64,000 bases of DNA from an uncultured Myxococcales bacterium (lineage in GTDB: Bacteria > Desulfobacterota > Binatia > UBA1149 > CAITLU01), in assembly GCA_964476185.1 (NCBI GenBank), contig CAYYZO010000004.1, positions 17,025-81,024 of the forward strand, read 5' to 3'. Below are positions 28,794-38,292 of the stretch, piece after piece. How positions within the stretch are numbered: the first letter of the stretch is position 1; every line of letters begins with the position of its first letter. The notes beneath the pieces are model-generated. The model searched no databases. It saw only the letters and a list, made by a program, of their open reading frames with translations, and had not been told where the DNA came from. A program made the position numbers and the translations under genes.

Positions 28794-30284
28794 TCAGTAG
28801 TTCCACTGCAGCTGGATGCCGATTCGCGAGGCATCCTCGAAATCCTGGTACGTGGCCGTCGAGGTGTTCGTGCGAACGGGCGTGTACGTGTACGCCGCGA
28901 GCAGCTCGAGCTCGGGCCACGGCGACCACTCCACTCCAATGTCGTACTCGTTCACGTTCGCGTTGGGCGCGTTGCGTGCGAACTTGCGACCGCCGTCAAA
29001 GTACTGCCAGCGGACGAACGGGAACATCGTCCCCCAGGCCGAGTCGTACTTGTACATCAGCTGCAGGTAGCCGCCGTGCAGGAAGCCCGGCCGGATGCTG
29101 GTGAAGTCGTCGGTCAGCTCCGGCCCTTCCCCGAAGTTCCACGCGGCCTCCAGGCCGAACGGCTGCGGATACACCGCAATGGATCCGCCGAGGCGCCGGT
29201 CGCGAATGCCGGACGGCAACGAGGTCGGCGTGACGTCGACGTTGTTGATCTTGACCGTGCCGGTGCGCGGGACGAAGTTGCCCCAATAGCCTTCGATGCT
29301 CGGCTCGACGATCTGGCCGTTCGAGAACAGGAACGGATAGGAAGCGCGCGCGACCCAGTGGACGGACTCGTTCGCGTCGCTGCGGTTGAGTCCCTGGCCG
29401 CTGTAGGCGCCGAACGCGAATACGCCGTAGTCGCCCGAACCCTTGAGCCCCTGCTTGACGAGGTCGCGGAAGCGCTCGCGGATCTGCTTCGGCGCCCAGT
29501 AGAAGAACACGCCGATGTCGCGCTCGCCTTCGACGGCGGAGTTGATCGCGTCGGGGCGCTCCATCGGGATTCGGTTCTGGCTCGACTGGAGGTTCACGAA
29601 GCCGAACGGCACCTTCGACTGGCCGACCCGGAAGCGGTACTCCTTGTCCTTGTCGATCGAGATGTCGGCATAGACGTCGCGAAGCTGCACCGAGAAATCG
29701 CCGTCCGTCGGCGTCGCGTTCAGGTCGGGCTGAACGTAGACGGCAAGGTGGTCGCTGACGTCGCCGGAGAGGATCAGGCGGGCACGACGGATGTAGAAGG
29801 TATTGTCGTCGCGTATGGACCGGTCGGTCGGGGAGAACCAGTCGGCGGTTCCGCTCTTGTCGAGCAGGAAGTTGTAGCGAAACTGCGTGTAGCCGCGCAG
29901 CGACAGCTTTTCGTACCACTTGCCCTTCAGGGCCTTGCCGATGGCCGCGGTCATGGCCGAATCGGAGTCCGTCGAAGCGGTGGAGACGGCCGGCTCGGGC
30001 GTCGCGGGGGCCGTTCCGGTCGCCGGGGGGGCCGCGGCGGCGGTTGCCGGCGGGGCCGCCGTCGCGGCCGGCTGTGCGTCGGGCGCCGGCTTGGCCGGTT
30101 TTTCGTCGACCCGTTCGAAGGTCCCGAGCTTCGTCCGCCCGGGGCCTGGCTGGGTGTAGACCTGCCCCGTCGCCTGATCGACATAGAGATCGATGGTTTG
30201 CGCGAACGCGGGTTCCGCCGCGAGCACCGACCCGACCAGTGCGGCAAGAACAACGGCCCGCATCCGTCTCCCGATTTCCGTCAT
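28794..30284 (-). CDS. Outer-membrane porin, phosphate-selective OprO/OprP-like
   Basis: Signal peptide, Ala/Pro linker, RRARLILSG, RVGQSKVPFG...QSSQNR, amphipathic beta strands, C-terminal QLQWNY. Confidence 0.75.
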   Translation of the reverse strand: MTEIGRRMRAVVLAALVGSVLAAEPAFAQTIDLYVDQATGQVYTQPGPGRTKLGTFERVDEKPAKPAPDAQPAATAAPPATAAAAPPATGTAPATPEPAVSTASTDSDSAMTAAIGKALKGKWYEKLSLRGYTQFRYNFLLDKSGTADWFSPTDRSIRDDNTFYIRRARLILSGDVSDHLAVYVQPDLNATPTDGDFSVQLRDVYADISIDKDKEYRFRVGQSKVPFGFVNLQSSQNRIPMERPDAINSAVEGERDIGVFFYWAPKQIRERFRDLVKQGLKGSGDYGVFAFGAYSGQGLNRSDANESVHWVARASYPFLFSNGQIVEPSIEGYWGNFVPRTGTVKINNVDVTPTSLPSGIRDRRLGGSIAVYPQPFGLEAAWNFGEGPELTDDFTSIRPGFLHGGYLQLMYKYDSAWGTMFPFVRWQYFDGGRKFARNAPNANVNEYDIGVEWSPWPELELLAAYTYTPVRTNTSTATYQDFEDASRIGIQLQWNY

Positions 30285-30344
30285 GATTGGCCCCTTTCCG
30301 TGATCCGCTGTCGTCGGTCCCCAGGAGGCCGGACGCGGTGAATT

Positions 30345-30381
30345 CCTAACACTGTTATGTTCCCGTTAGGATTCCGTTAGG
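30345..30381. promoter_or_regulatory. Three 11-bp-period direct repeats (OmpR/PhoB-type box candidate)
   Basis: CTGTTATgttc / CCGTTAGgatt / CCGTTAGg starting at 30352, 30363 and 30374, plus an inverted CCTAAC at 30345, in an AT-rich divergent intergenic region. Confidence 0.6.
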
Positions 30382-30482
30382 CCCGAGCGCCCCAGCTCGG
30401 GATTTCGATTTCTCCGTGGCGCCTCCCGTCGGCACCGTCAGCGCGCGACGAAGCCTCGCGGCGGGGTTATGTTCCCGGCACC

Positions 30483-31400
30483 GTGCTGCTCGACCCTCCG
30501 CGCAACGCCGACCTGTACGTCTCGCGCATGCCCATGCGCCCGGCCCGGATCGCCCTTCCGGTCGGCGGCGGCGTCCTCGTCGCGGGGACGGCGATGGTCT
30601 GGGCCTGGTCGACGGGGCTGGTCGGCGACAGCCGGGAGATGCCGGGCTGGATCCTGGCCTGGACGGGGCTGCTGTTCGCCGCCGCCGGCCTGGTCGTCCT
30701 GGTTCGGGCCGGCAGCCACGTGCTCCGGCAACGCGACGGGCGCCGGCGTGCGGCCCCGTTCGGCGGCCATCGGTGGAGGAGGCGCGTCCTTCTCGACGAC
30801 TCCCGTCTTGCGCTGGCACAGAAACTTACGGCCGTGGCATTGCTCGGCGGCCTCCTGCTGCCGATGAACCTGGCCGTCGTGAACCTGCGCGACCTGGTCG
30901 ACGGGCACGAGATCCTGAAGTGGTATCGCTGGCTGCCGTTGATCGTCGTCGGCCTGTTCGACCTGGCCTTGATGGCGGCGGCGTTCGCGCTGCTCCGCCA
31001 GCTGCTGCAGGCGATCCTCTACGGACGCTGTCGTCTGGTCCTGAACGAGGGGCCGCCGGTGCGTCCCGGCGGGGTGCTGGCTGGTCGCCTCGAACTGCCG
31101 GGCAGCGCCGCGGGGGCCCGACACTGTGACGTCGTCCTTCGTTGCGTTCGCGAATCTCAGCAGCGTCGAGGGGGCACGGACGACGTCGAGCACCGGGCCG
31201 AGTTGCTGTTCGAATCGAGGGAACGGCTCGCCGTCGGCCCTTCGGGCCTGGCCGAACTTCGCCTGCCCGTTCCCGTTGAAGCGCCCACGACCGATTTCGA
31301 GTCGGTGCGCGTCTGTTACTGGGAACTGGTCGTCTCGATACCGCTCGAACCGGTGAGTTTCGAGGCCGTGTTCCTCGTGCCGGTCCACGCGACCCCGTAG
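30483..31400 (+). CDS. Hypothetical membrane protein
   Basis: About four TM segments plus a C-terminal beta-rich soluble domain; GTG start uncertain. Confidence 0.65.
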   Translation: MLLDPPRNADLYVSRMPMRPARIALPVGGGVLVAGTAMVWAWSTGLVGDSREMPGWILAWTGLLFAAAGLVVLVRAGSHVLRQRDGRRRAAPFGGHRWRRRVLLDDSRLALAQKLTAVALLGGLLLPMNLAVVNLRDLVDGHEILKWYRWLPLIVVGLFDLALMAAAFALLRQLLQAILYGRCRLVLNEGPPVRPGGVLAGRLELPGSAAGARHCDVVLRCVRESQQRRGGTDDVEHRAELLFESRERLAVGPSGLAELRLPVPVEAPTTDFESVRVCYWELVVSIPLEPVSFEAVFLVPVHATP

Positions 31401-31488
31401 GGACGCCGGACGACGCGACGCCCGCTCCGGTTCGCGGAGCGAGGAAGGCTCCTCGCCCCGCCTTCCTGCTCCCCGGGGTTCGTCCTTC

Positions 31489-32160
31489 TCAGCTCGCGTA
31501 GGCGTATTCGCCGCCGCGTTCGAGCGCGCGGCGATACGCCGGCCGCGCGTGGATGCGCTCGAGGAACGCGATTAGCCGCGGCCGGCTAGCATCGAGTCCC
31601 GCGCGCGTGGCCGCTGCTTCCAGTGGAAAGCTCATCTGGACGTCGGCGGCCGTCATCTCCTCGCCGGCGAACCAGGTGCTCCTGGCGAGCTCGCCCTCCA
31701 TGTAGTCGAGGTGCTTCTTCAACTGCGGTTCGATGAAGGACGTCATCGCGGCCGCGACGATCTTCCTCAGGATCGGCCGCACGAAGAACGGCACCGGCGC
31801 CTGCTCCATGCGCGTGAACACGAGCTTGAGCAGCAGCGGCGGCATCGCGGAGCCTTCCGCGTAGTGCAGCCAGTAGGTGTAGCGAAGGCGCTCGGGGGTG
31901 CCGGGCGGCGGGATCAGGCGGCCGCCGCCGTACGTGTCGACGAGGTACTCCACGATCGCGCCGGACTCGGCGATCGTCCGGTCCCCGTCGGTGACGACGG
32001 GCGACTTGCCGAGCGGATGCACTTTCGCGAGCTCCGGCGGGGCGAGCATCGTCTCCGGGTTGCGTTCGTAGCGCTTCACCTCGTAGGGGAGTTCGAGTTC
32101 CTCGAGGAGCCACAGGACGCGCTGCGAGCGCGAGTTGTTCAGGTGATGGACGGTGATCAC
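31489..32160 (-). CDS. Glutathione S-transferase
   Basis: GGAGG RBS; ITVHHLNNSRSQRVLWLLEEL, HPLGKSPV, AESGAIVEYL. Confidence 0.93.
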   Translation of the reverse strand: MITVHHLNNSRSQRVLWLLEELELPYEVKRYERNPETMLAPPELAKVHPLGKSPVVTDGDRTIAESGAIVEYLVDTYGGGRLIPPPGTPERLRYTYWLHYAEGSAMPPLLLKLVFTRMEQAPVPFFVRPILRKIVAAAMTSFIEPQLKKHLDYMEGELARSTWFAGEEMTAADVQMSFPLEAAATRAGLDASRPRLIAFLERIHARPAYRRALERGGEYAYAS

Positions 32161-32209
32161 GGGGTCGAACCTCCTCGGAGTTGGCGAACGATCGATCGTC
32201 GTGGCGACT

Positions 32210-33553
32210 TCAAGCACGTTCCTCCTGCAGAATCGCCGTCTCCCGGTAGCCGCGGCTTGCGATGGCGAAAAGGACGGCGGCCGCCGTCATGAGTCCGGCG
32301 AACAGCAGGTAGTAGGCGGTTTCGCTGATGCGCGACGTCCCGTCGGGATCCTGGATCAGCGCGTTGACGGCCGACGTGAGCAGGTTCCCGGCCGTGATCG
32401 ACAGGAAATAGAGCGACATCACGAACGATTTCAGGGTCCTCGGCGCCTGCGTGTACGAGAACTCGAGGCACGTGATCGACACCAGCACCTCGGCCGACGT
32501 GATGAGCAGGTACGCGAGCAGCTGCCAGCCGATCGATGGCGTTCCGCCCGCGGCGATCACGGACTCGGCCCAAGCCGGGATCAGGAACGCCGGCACGGTC
32601 AGGAACAGCCCGCAGGCGATCTTGCCGCGCGAGGTCACCGTGGTCCGCCGTGCCGCCGCCGGATAGATCACGGACGTGAAGAGCGGCACGAGCGCGAGGA
32701 TCAGCAGCGGGTTGACGGCCTGGACCTGCGCGGGAAGCCACTCGACGCCGAGGAAGTGGCGGTTCATGCGGTCGGCCTGCTGCACCCAGGCCGACGCGGT
32801 CTGGTCGTAGAGCGACCAGAACACGGCGACGAACACGTAGATTCGAGCGAGGCGGGCGAGGCTCGCGCGGTTGGCCGGCTCGCGCAGCTCGGCGAGGATC
32901 CCCGCGCCGGCGGCCGGGACGTGCACGAAGCGGCGGCGTCCGAGCCAGAACACCCACGTCGCGAGCAGCATCAGCGCGCCGGGCACCCCGAACGCGACGC
33001 GCGGTCCCGCGTGGTCGAGCAGCCACGGCGTCAACAGGCTGGACGCGAAGGCGCCGAGGTTGATCGCGAGGTAGAACCAACCGAACACCTTCGAGAGCAG
33101 GTGCGCGCTGCCGGCCCCGAACTGGTCGCCCACGTGCGCGGACACGCACGGCTTGATGCCGCCGGAACCGATCGCGATCAGGGCGAGGCCCGTCACGAGC
33201 CCTGCGCGCGTGTCGTCGATCGCCAGCGCGAGGTGGCCGGCGCAGTACACCGCCGAAAGCGCGAGGATGGTGCGGTACTTCCCGAGGACGACGTCGGACA
33301 GGAGCGCCCCGAACAGCGGCGTGAAATAGACGGCCGCCGCGAAGACGTGGAACCATTCGCGCGCCTCGGCGTCCGTCATCGGCGCCGGCGCGCCGGTCGC
33401 GTCGAGCAGGTGCCTGGTCATGAACACGACGAGGATCGCGCGCATGCCGTAGTAGCTGAAGCGCTCGGCGGCCTCGTTGGCGACGATGTACGGGATGCCG
33501 CCCGGCATCTCCGGCCCGGGAGCCGGTGCGGTGCGATACGGGCTGTTCGGCAT
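32210..33553 (-). CDS. POT/PTR-family proton-dependent oligopeptide transporter
   Basis: NEAAERFSYYG (ExxERFxYY), GSGGIKPCVSA.VGDQF, WFYLAINLG. Confidence 0.93.
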   Translation of the reverse strand: MPNSPYRTAPAPGPEMPGGIPYIVANEAAERFSYYGMRAILVVFMTRHLLDATGAPAPMTDAEAREWFHVFAAAVYFTPLFGALLSDVVLGKYRTILALSAVYCAGHLALAIDDTRAGLVTGLALIAIGSGGIKPCVSAHVGDQFGAGSAHLLSKVFGWFYLAINLGAFASSLLTPWLLDHAGPRVAFGVPGALMLLATWVFWLGRRRFVHVPAAGAGILAELREPANRASLARLARIYVFVAVFWSLYDQTASAWVQQADRMNRHFLGVEWLPAQVQAVNPLLILALVPLFTSVIYPAAARRTTVTSRGKIACGLFLTVPAFLIPAWAESVIAAGGTPSIGWQLLAYLLITSAEVLVSITCLEFSYTQAPRTLKSFVMSLYFLSITAGNLLTSAVNALIQDPDGTSRISETAYYLLFAGLMTAAAVLFAIASRGYRETAILQEERA

Positions 33554-33638
33554 CGGCGCCGAGCCTACCAGACCGCCTCGGGCGGGGCGATGCGCGGGCT
33601 GGTTGACAGGGCTTGCTTGCAACGGATACGGCCGCGGC

Positions 33639-34490
33639 ATGCGCTTCGGCCTGTTCGGCATCAATTTCGGCGCGTGCGCGGATCCGCAGACGGCAGTCGC
33701 CGTCGCGCGGGCAGCCGAGCACGCAGGGTTCGAGTCGCTGTGGACCGGAGAGCACGTCGTGCTTCCGGACCCGCAGGTCCCGCCGTCACCGGTGCCGGCC
33801 TCGATCCCGTTCCTCGATCCTGTCGTCGCGCTCACGGCGATCTCGCAACACACGACGCGCGTGCTGCTGGGCACCGGCATCATCATCCTTCCGCAGCGCA
33901 ATCCGCTCGTGCTCGCGAAGGAACTGGCCAGCCTCGACGTCCTTTCGGCAGGGCGGCTCGTCTTCGGCGTCGGCGTCGGCTACCTCGAGCCCGAGTTTCG
34001 TGCGCTCGGCATCCCGTTCGAGGACAAGGGCGCACGGACGATGGACTACCTCCGCGCGATGCGCGCGATCTGGTGTCAGGAGAAGCCGTCGTACGACGGT
34101 CGCTTCGTGAGCTTCTCGGGCGTCGATGCGCATCCGCGGCCGCTCCAGCGTCCGCACCCGCCGATCGTGTTCGGCGGGCACACGCCGCCGGCGTTTCGGC
34201 GAGCGGTCGAGACGGCGTCGGGCTGGTACGGGTTCGCGCAGGACGTCGACTCGACGGCGGCGTGTCTCGAGGGACTTCGCGCCGCGGGGCTTCGCGTGCA
34301 GCGGCCGTCGGATCTCGACCGCCTCGAGATCTCCGTGACGCCCCCGGCCGGACTGCCGGATGCGGCGACCGTCGCCCGCTACGCCGATCTCGGTGTCGAC
34401 CGGCTGGTCCTGATGCCGCGCGCGTCCACTCGCGACGAACTCCTGCGCTTCGTGGACGAAGCGGCCGCGAAGCTGATCCAGGCGACCTGA
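33639..34490 (+). CDS. LLM-class (probably F420-dependent) oxidoreductase
   Basis: GFESLWTGEHVVLP, LGTGIIILPQRNP, LAKELASLD.LS.GR, GVGVGYL..EF. Confidence 0.87.
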   Translation: MRFGLFGINFGACADPQTAVAVARAAEHAGFESLWTGEHVVLPDPQVPPSPVPASIPFLDPVVALTAISQHTTRVLLGTGIIILPQRNPLVLAKELASLDVLSAGRLVFGVGVGYLEPEFRALGIPFEDKGARTMDYLRAMRAIWCQEKPSYDGRFVSFSGVDAHPRPLQRPHPPIVFGGHTPPAFRRAVETASGWYGFAQDVDSTAACLEGLRAAGLRVQRPSDLDRLEISVTPPAGLPDAATVARYADLGVDRLVLMPRASTRDELLRFVDEAAAKLIQAT

Positions 34491-34534
34491 ACGAACCGGA
34501 GCGCCGGCGTCCGCCGTGCAGCCGTCCGCAAAAA

Positions 34535-34572
34535 GAAAGGGCGAAGCCGAACGCTTCGCCCTTTCCCTTTCT
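34535..34572. terminator. Bidirectional intrinsic terminator
   Basis: GAAAGGGCGAAGC-cgaac-GCTTCGCCCTTTC perfect stem with A-rich 5' and T-rich 3' flanks between convergent genes. Confidence 0.8.
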
Positions 34573-34642
34573 GGTTTTCGCTGAGTGCGCGCGGGCTCCG
34601 CGTCCGCGCGAGTCGAGGCGACTGCCCGCCCGGTCCGGACCG

Positions 34643-34987
34643 TCAGTACCGGTAACCGTACGGGTACGGCCGGACGATGGGGGCCGGGTAGCCGTACACG
34701 ACGGGGGGCGCGACGACGGGGGCCGGGTAATAGACCGGACCCGGGTAGTAGTAGACGGGCGGCCCGGCGACGGCGTTCGCGATGGCCGCGGCGCCGAACA
34801 GCGCGCCGGTCACGCCGAGCGCGACGGCCCAGCCGTTGTTGTCGTAGTAGCGGGGGCCCCCGTAGTACCCGTGCTGGTTGCCCCCGTAGTAGCCGCCGTG
34901 CCGGCCCCCGGCTTCCGCCGCCGAGGCGCCGAGCGTCAGGGCCAGGGCCGTTGCCGCGAAGATCGTGGTCGTCGTCTTGAGCTTCAT
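34643..34987 (-). CDS. Small secreted Gly/Tyr/Pro-rich protein
   Basis: Signal peptide ending AEA; GGYYGG repeats, a hydrophobic glycine-zipper-like segment and a PVYY/PVVY tail. Confidence 0.75.
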   Translation of the reverse strand: MKLKTTTTIFAATALALTLGASAAEAGGRHGGYYGGNQHGYYGGPRYYDNNGWAVALGVTGALFGAAAIANAVAGPPVYYYPGPVYYPAPVVAPPVVYGYPAPIVRPYPYGYRY

Positions 34988-35198
34988 CTTGGCCTCGCTC
35001 CCTTTCGGTCCGGATCGTGTCGGGACGCCCGTCGCCCCGCGGACTATCGACGGCCCGAACGTACGCTTCTTCACCCCTGCGTCCAAGAGAGTTTCGATTT
35101 CTTCCAGGCAGGACCCGCGGACGGCGCCATCCCCCGACCCGTTCGGGTGGCTGGAGCGAATCGTGGGGCCCGTTCCGCGGGCTCCGGGCGAGAGCGCG

Positions 35199-35825
35199 TC
35201 AGGCGCCCTCGAAGAAATCCACGTGCCCGGTCGAGAGGTCGTATTCGGCCCCGACCACGATGAGGCCGCTCGACTCGATCAGTTGCTCGAGCAGCGGCGA
35301 CCCGTGTCGCAGGTGGTGGACGGTCGCGCGCACGTTCGCGCGGCAGGCCTCGCGCAACAGCGCTTCGTGGTCGTCGGCGAGCGCCGTTCCCATCAGAGGC
35401 TCGACCGCGGGTCGCACGGAGTCGACGATGAAGCGCAGGTTGGCGGACTGCGGCGGCGGACGCCCCTCGAGTTCCTCGACCGTCGCGCGGATCGCCCCGC
35501 ATTGCGTGTGGCCGAGCACGACGACGAGGCTGGAGCCGAACAGCGACGCCGCGAACTCGACGCTGCCGACCTGCGACGGCGCGACGATGTTGCCGGCCAC
35601 GCGGATCACGAACAGGTCCCCGAGCCCCTGGTCGAAGACGACCTCGGCCGGGACGCGCGAATCCGAGCAGCCGAGGATGATCGCCATCGGAGACTGCCCG
35701 GCCGACAACTCGGCCCGCCGCGTGTAGCTGAGCAGGGAGTCGAGGCTGCGGACGTTCGAAACGTAGCGCTGGTTGCCTTCGCGCAGGCGCTGCAGGACTT
35801 CCGTGGCGGGCAGGGTGTTCGACAT
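35199..35825 (-). CDS. Beta-class carbonic anhydrase
   Basis: LGCSDSRVP, GDLFVIRVAGN, GHTQCGA (Zn ligands). Confidence 0.95.
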   Translation of the reverse strand: MSNTLPATEVLQRLREGNQRYVSNVRSLDSLLSYTRRAELSAGQSPMAIILGCSDSRVPAEVVFDQGLGDLFVIRVAGNIVAPSQVGSVEFAASLFGSSLVVVLGHTQCGAIRATVEELEGRPPPQSANLRFIVDSVRPAVEPLMGTALADDHEALLREACRANVRATVHHLRHGSPLLEQLIESSGLIVVGAEYDLSTGHVDFFEGA

Positions 35826-35893
35826 GGATGGACTGCTTAGCAGAGCGCGCGCGGCGATCCCAAGCCGGCAGGTTCGGGCTCCCGGCCGCCGGT

Positions 35894-36352
35894 TCAGCGG
35901 AGCGCGTAGAGGTCGTACGCGACCCGGCCTTCGGCCGGCAAGGCTTCGCCGATGCCGATGCACTGCAGGCGGTTCAGCCACAGGTACGACGGGTGCCCGG
36001 TTTCGAAGCGCGGTGTCGTGCGAAGCGGCAACCGGGGCGGGAACTCGCCGCGCCGCGCCTTCTCGTAGCCGTCCTCTCCGAGATCGGTGACGCCGCGGTA
36101 GAATGCGTAGATCACCGCGTCGTCCGCCGTGGCGATCGTCACGCGCACGTCGAGCAGGGCGACGCCGTCCCGGCGCACGAGGAGCCAGTCGGCGCCGCTC
36201 GCGAGCACGGAGCCGCTGAGGCGGGGCCCCCGCGCTTCGCCGCCCGAGATCGGGAACACGATGCGAAGGCCTTCGCCGCTTTCCCCGACCATCTGCGGGG
36301 CGGCCAGTGTCGCTTCCAGGGAGCCGAGGTGCTCGAGCGAGGGTTCGAACAT
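35894..36352 (-). CDS. DUF3237 family protein
   Basis: FPISGG...GPRLSG.VL..GADW, LDVRVTIATADDA, PRFETGHPSYLWLN. Confidence 0.8.
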   Translation of the reverse strand: MFEPSLEHLGSLEATLAAPQMVGESGEGLRIVFPISGGEARGPRLSGSVLASGADWLLVRRDGVALLDVRVTIATADDAVIYAFYRGVTDLGEDGYEKARRGEFPPRLPLRTTPRFETGHPSYLWLNRLQCIGIGEALPAEGRVAYDLYALR

Positions 36353-36361
36353 GAGCGCCTT

Positions 36362-36913
36362 CTAGACTTCCGTACCCGCTGTGGCCAGCGAAAGCCGCAT
36401 CACGAGGCGACGTCCCGTCGGCAGGCCGCGGGCGCGCTCCTCGTCGACGATGCGGGCGACCGCCGGCGCCAGTTCGGTCGGCGCGAGCTCGCGGAACCCG
36501 AGGCGCGCGTAGAACGGGGCGTTCCACGGCACGTCGCGGAACGTGGACAACTCGATCGAGGCCGAGCCGGCCTCGCGCGCCCACGCGATCGTTCGATGGA
36601 CGAGAGCGCGGCCGAGGCCGCGGCCACCGTGCTCCGGATGCACGTCGACCTCCTCGAGCCACGCCCCGCCGTCGTCGAGCCGGCGCGCCAGCGCGAAGCC
36701 GACGCAGCAGCCGGCGTGGGTGGCGACCCAAAGCCGCCCTTCGTCGGCGGCGGCCGCCAGGTCGTCGATCGACTGGGTCTCGCCGAGAAACGCGCCGTCG
36801 ATGCCGGAGCCGCGGAAACGGGTTGCCGCCGCGATCTCGATCGCGGCAAGCAGTGGAAGGTCCGCCGCGCGGGCCGCGCGAACGTCGTCGTCCTGCCGGA
36901 GTCGTCGCTGCAC
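36362..36913 (-). CDS. GNAT N-acetyltransferase
   Basis: LEEVDVHPEHGGRGLGRAL, LSTFRDVPWNAPFYARLGF. Confidence 0.9.
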   Translation of the reverse strand: MQRRLRQDDDVRAARAADLPLLAAIEIAAATRFRGSGIDGAFLGETQSIDDLAAAADEGRLWVATHAGCCVGFALARRLDDGGAWLEEVDVHPEHGGRGLGRALVHRTIAWAREAGSASIELSTFRDVPWNAPFYARLGFRELAPTELAPAVARIVDEERARGLPTGRRLVMRLSLATAGTEV

Positions 36914-36925
36914 CAGGAATCCGCT

Positions 36926-37813
36926 TCAGCGCGAAGTGATGCGCGCGCGGTTCTGGGCGAGCGCGGCCGGGTCGATCGGTCCTTCCTCCGGACGGATCGC
37001 GGCGCTGCGCGGGGCCGGCGCGACGCGATGCCCGGCGCGGGTCGTCGGCAGCGAACGCAGCTCGAGGTCGAGCATCGCGTAGAGGTCGCCGACCCACGGG
37101 GGTTGGCCCGGAGCGGGTTGCCGCTCGCCGGTGCGGCGGAAGTCGCGCGGCACGATCACGACGCCCACGTGCCAGAGTCCCGAATCGGCCGTCAGGACGA
37201 ACAGGTCTTCCGCGGCTTCGTCGCCGACGGCGACGCAGCCGATCGAACGGTCGCTGCCGTGGATCATGATCGCGCCGCCGAGGTTGCGGCGACCGTCACG
37301 GCGCGCCATGCGCGCGTCGAAAGCGTTCGGATACGCCAGCCGCATCGACACGTGGAACAGGCTGTTCGGGTTCAGCTTGTCGATGTCGTAGATGCCCTCG
37401 GGGACCTGGCGGTCGCCCTCGCGCAACTTCGGGCCCGGGCCGCCGCTGGCCGCGGTCACCGGGATCGTGCGCACGAGGCGCAGCGCGTAAGCGGAAGGGC
37501 CGGCGAACACCTGGAGCTCGCGCTCACGCTTGAAGACGACCAGCTTCGCGCTCGCGGGCGGGTACGCGACGCCGGCCTCGCGGAACCATCCCTGCCAGCG
37601 GCGCCGCGCCCGCGGGCCGATCTCTGCGAGCCGCGTCGCGATCGTGTGGTCGCCCCACGCGAGGTGCGACGGCGGGGCCGGCGACACGGAGACAGGCGCA
37701 GGGCGCGGCTGGGCCGCGCGGCGTGCCCGCGGCTTCTGCCTCGGCGCGCAGGCGCCCGCGGCGGCGACGACGACGGCGAGCATCGCCGCCAGAGCGACGG
37801 GGGATCGCTTCAC
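36926..37813 (-). CDS. YkuD-domain L,D-transpeptidase-family lipoprotein (YafK/DpaA-like)
   Basis: Lipobox-like AAGAC; GPKLREGDRQVPEGIY, LNPNSLFH, YPNAFD, IMIHG..RSIGC. Confidence 0.85.
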   Translation of the reverse strand: MKRSPVALAAMLAVVVAAAGACAPRQKPRARRAAQPRPAPVSVSPAPPSHLAWGDHTIATRLAEIGPRARRRWQGWFREAGVAYPPASAKLVVFKRERELQVFAGPSAYALRLVRTIPVTAASGGPGPKLREGDRQVPEGIYDIDKLNPNSLFHVSMRLAYPNAFDARMARRDGRRNLGGAIMIHGSDRSIGCVAVGDEAAEDLFVLTADSGLWHVGVVIVPRDFRRTGERQPAPGQPPWVGDLYAMLDLELRSLPTTRAGHRVAPAPRSAAIRPEEGPIDPAALAQNRARITSR

Positions 37814-38229
37814 GACGGCAGGCCCCATTCCTCGAACTGCGCCAGCCCGTCCTCGAGCCGGACCCACGACAGCTTGTGCGACGTGTAGATGTGGCAGGTC
37901 GGCGTCAGCGCGTTCGGGTCGTCGAGCGTCGCCAGCGTCACGTCGAGCTCTCCCTCGCGACCGGCGTGGCGGTACGTGATCGTGCTTCCGCACAGCGCGC
38001 AGAAGCCGCGCGTGACCAGCTCCGACGAACGGCACTCGCGAAGCTCGCCCGCGGCGACTTCGAACGCGGCGTCGTCCCAGGTCCCCCACGCCACGAACGG
38101 GGCGCCGGAAGCCAGCCGGCAGCTCCGGCAGTGGCAGAACGCGAGGTTGCGTCCGCCGCCGCGGACGCGGTAGCGCACGGTGCCACAAAGGCAGCCCCCT
38201 TCGAACGAGGATCCTTCCGTCGCGTCCAT
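37810..38229 (-). CDS. GFA/CENP-V family Zn-binding protein
   Basis: GGCLCG, CHCRSCR, RGFCALCGS. Confidence 0.92.
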   Translation of the reverse strand: MDATEGSSFEGGCLCGTVRYRVRGGGRNLAFCHCRSCRLASGAPFVAWGTWDDAAFEVAAGELRECRSSELVTRGFCALCGSTITYRHAGREGELDVTLATLDDPNALTPTCHIYTSHKLSWVRLEDGLAQFEEWGLPS

Positions 38230-38292
38230 GGTCGTTTCCTCCCGGCTCCTCTCTATCACGGCCCCGGGCGCCGGCGGAGCATCCCGGGCCGG

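Noticed and set aside
33603-33632. TTGACA upstream of the LLM oxidoreductase
   Set aside because: No convincing -10 at 16-18 nt spacing, so not listed as a promoter.
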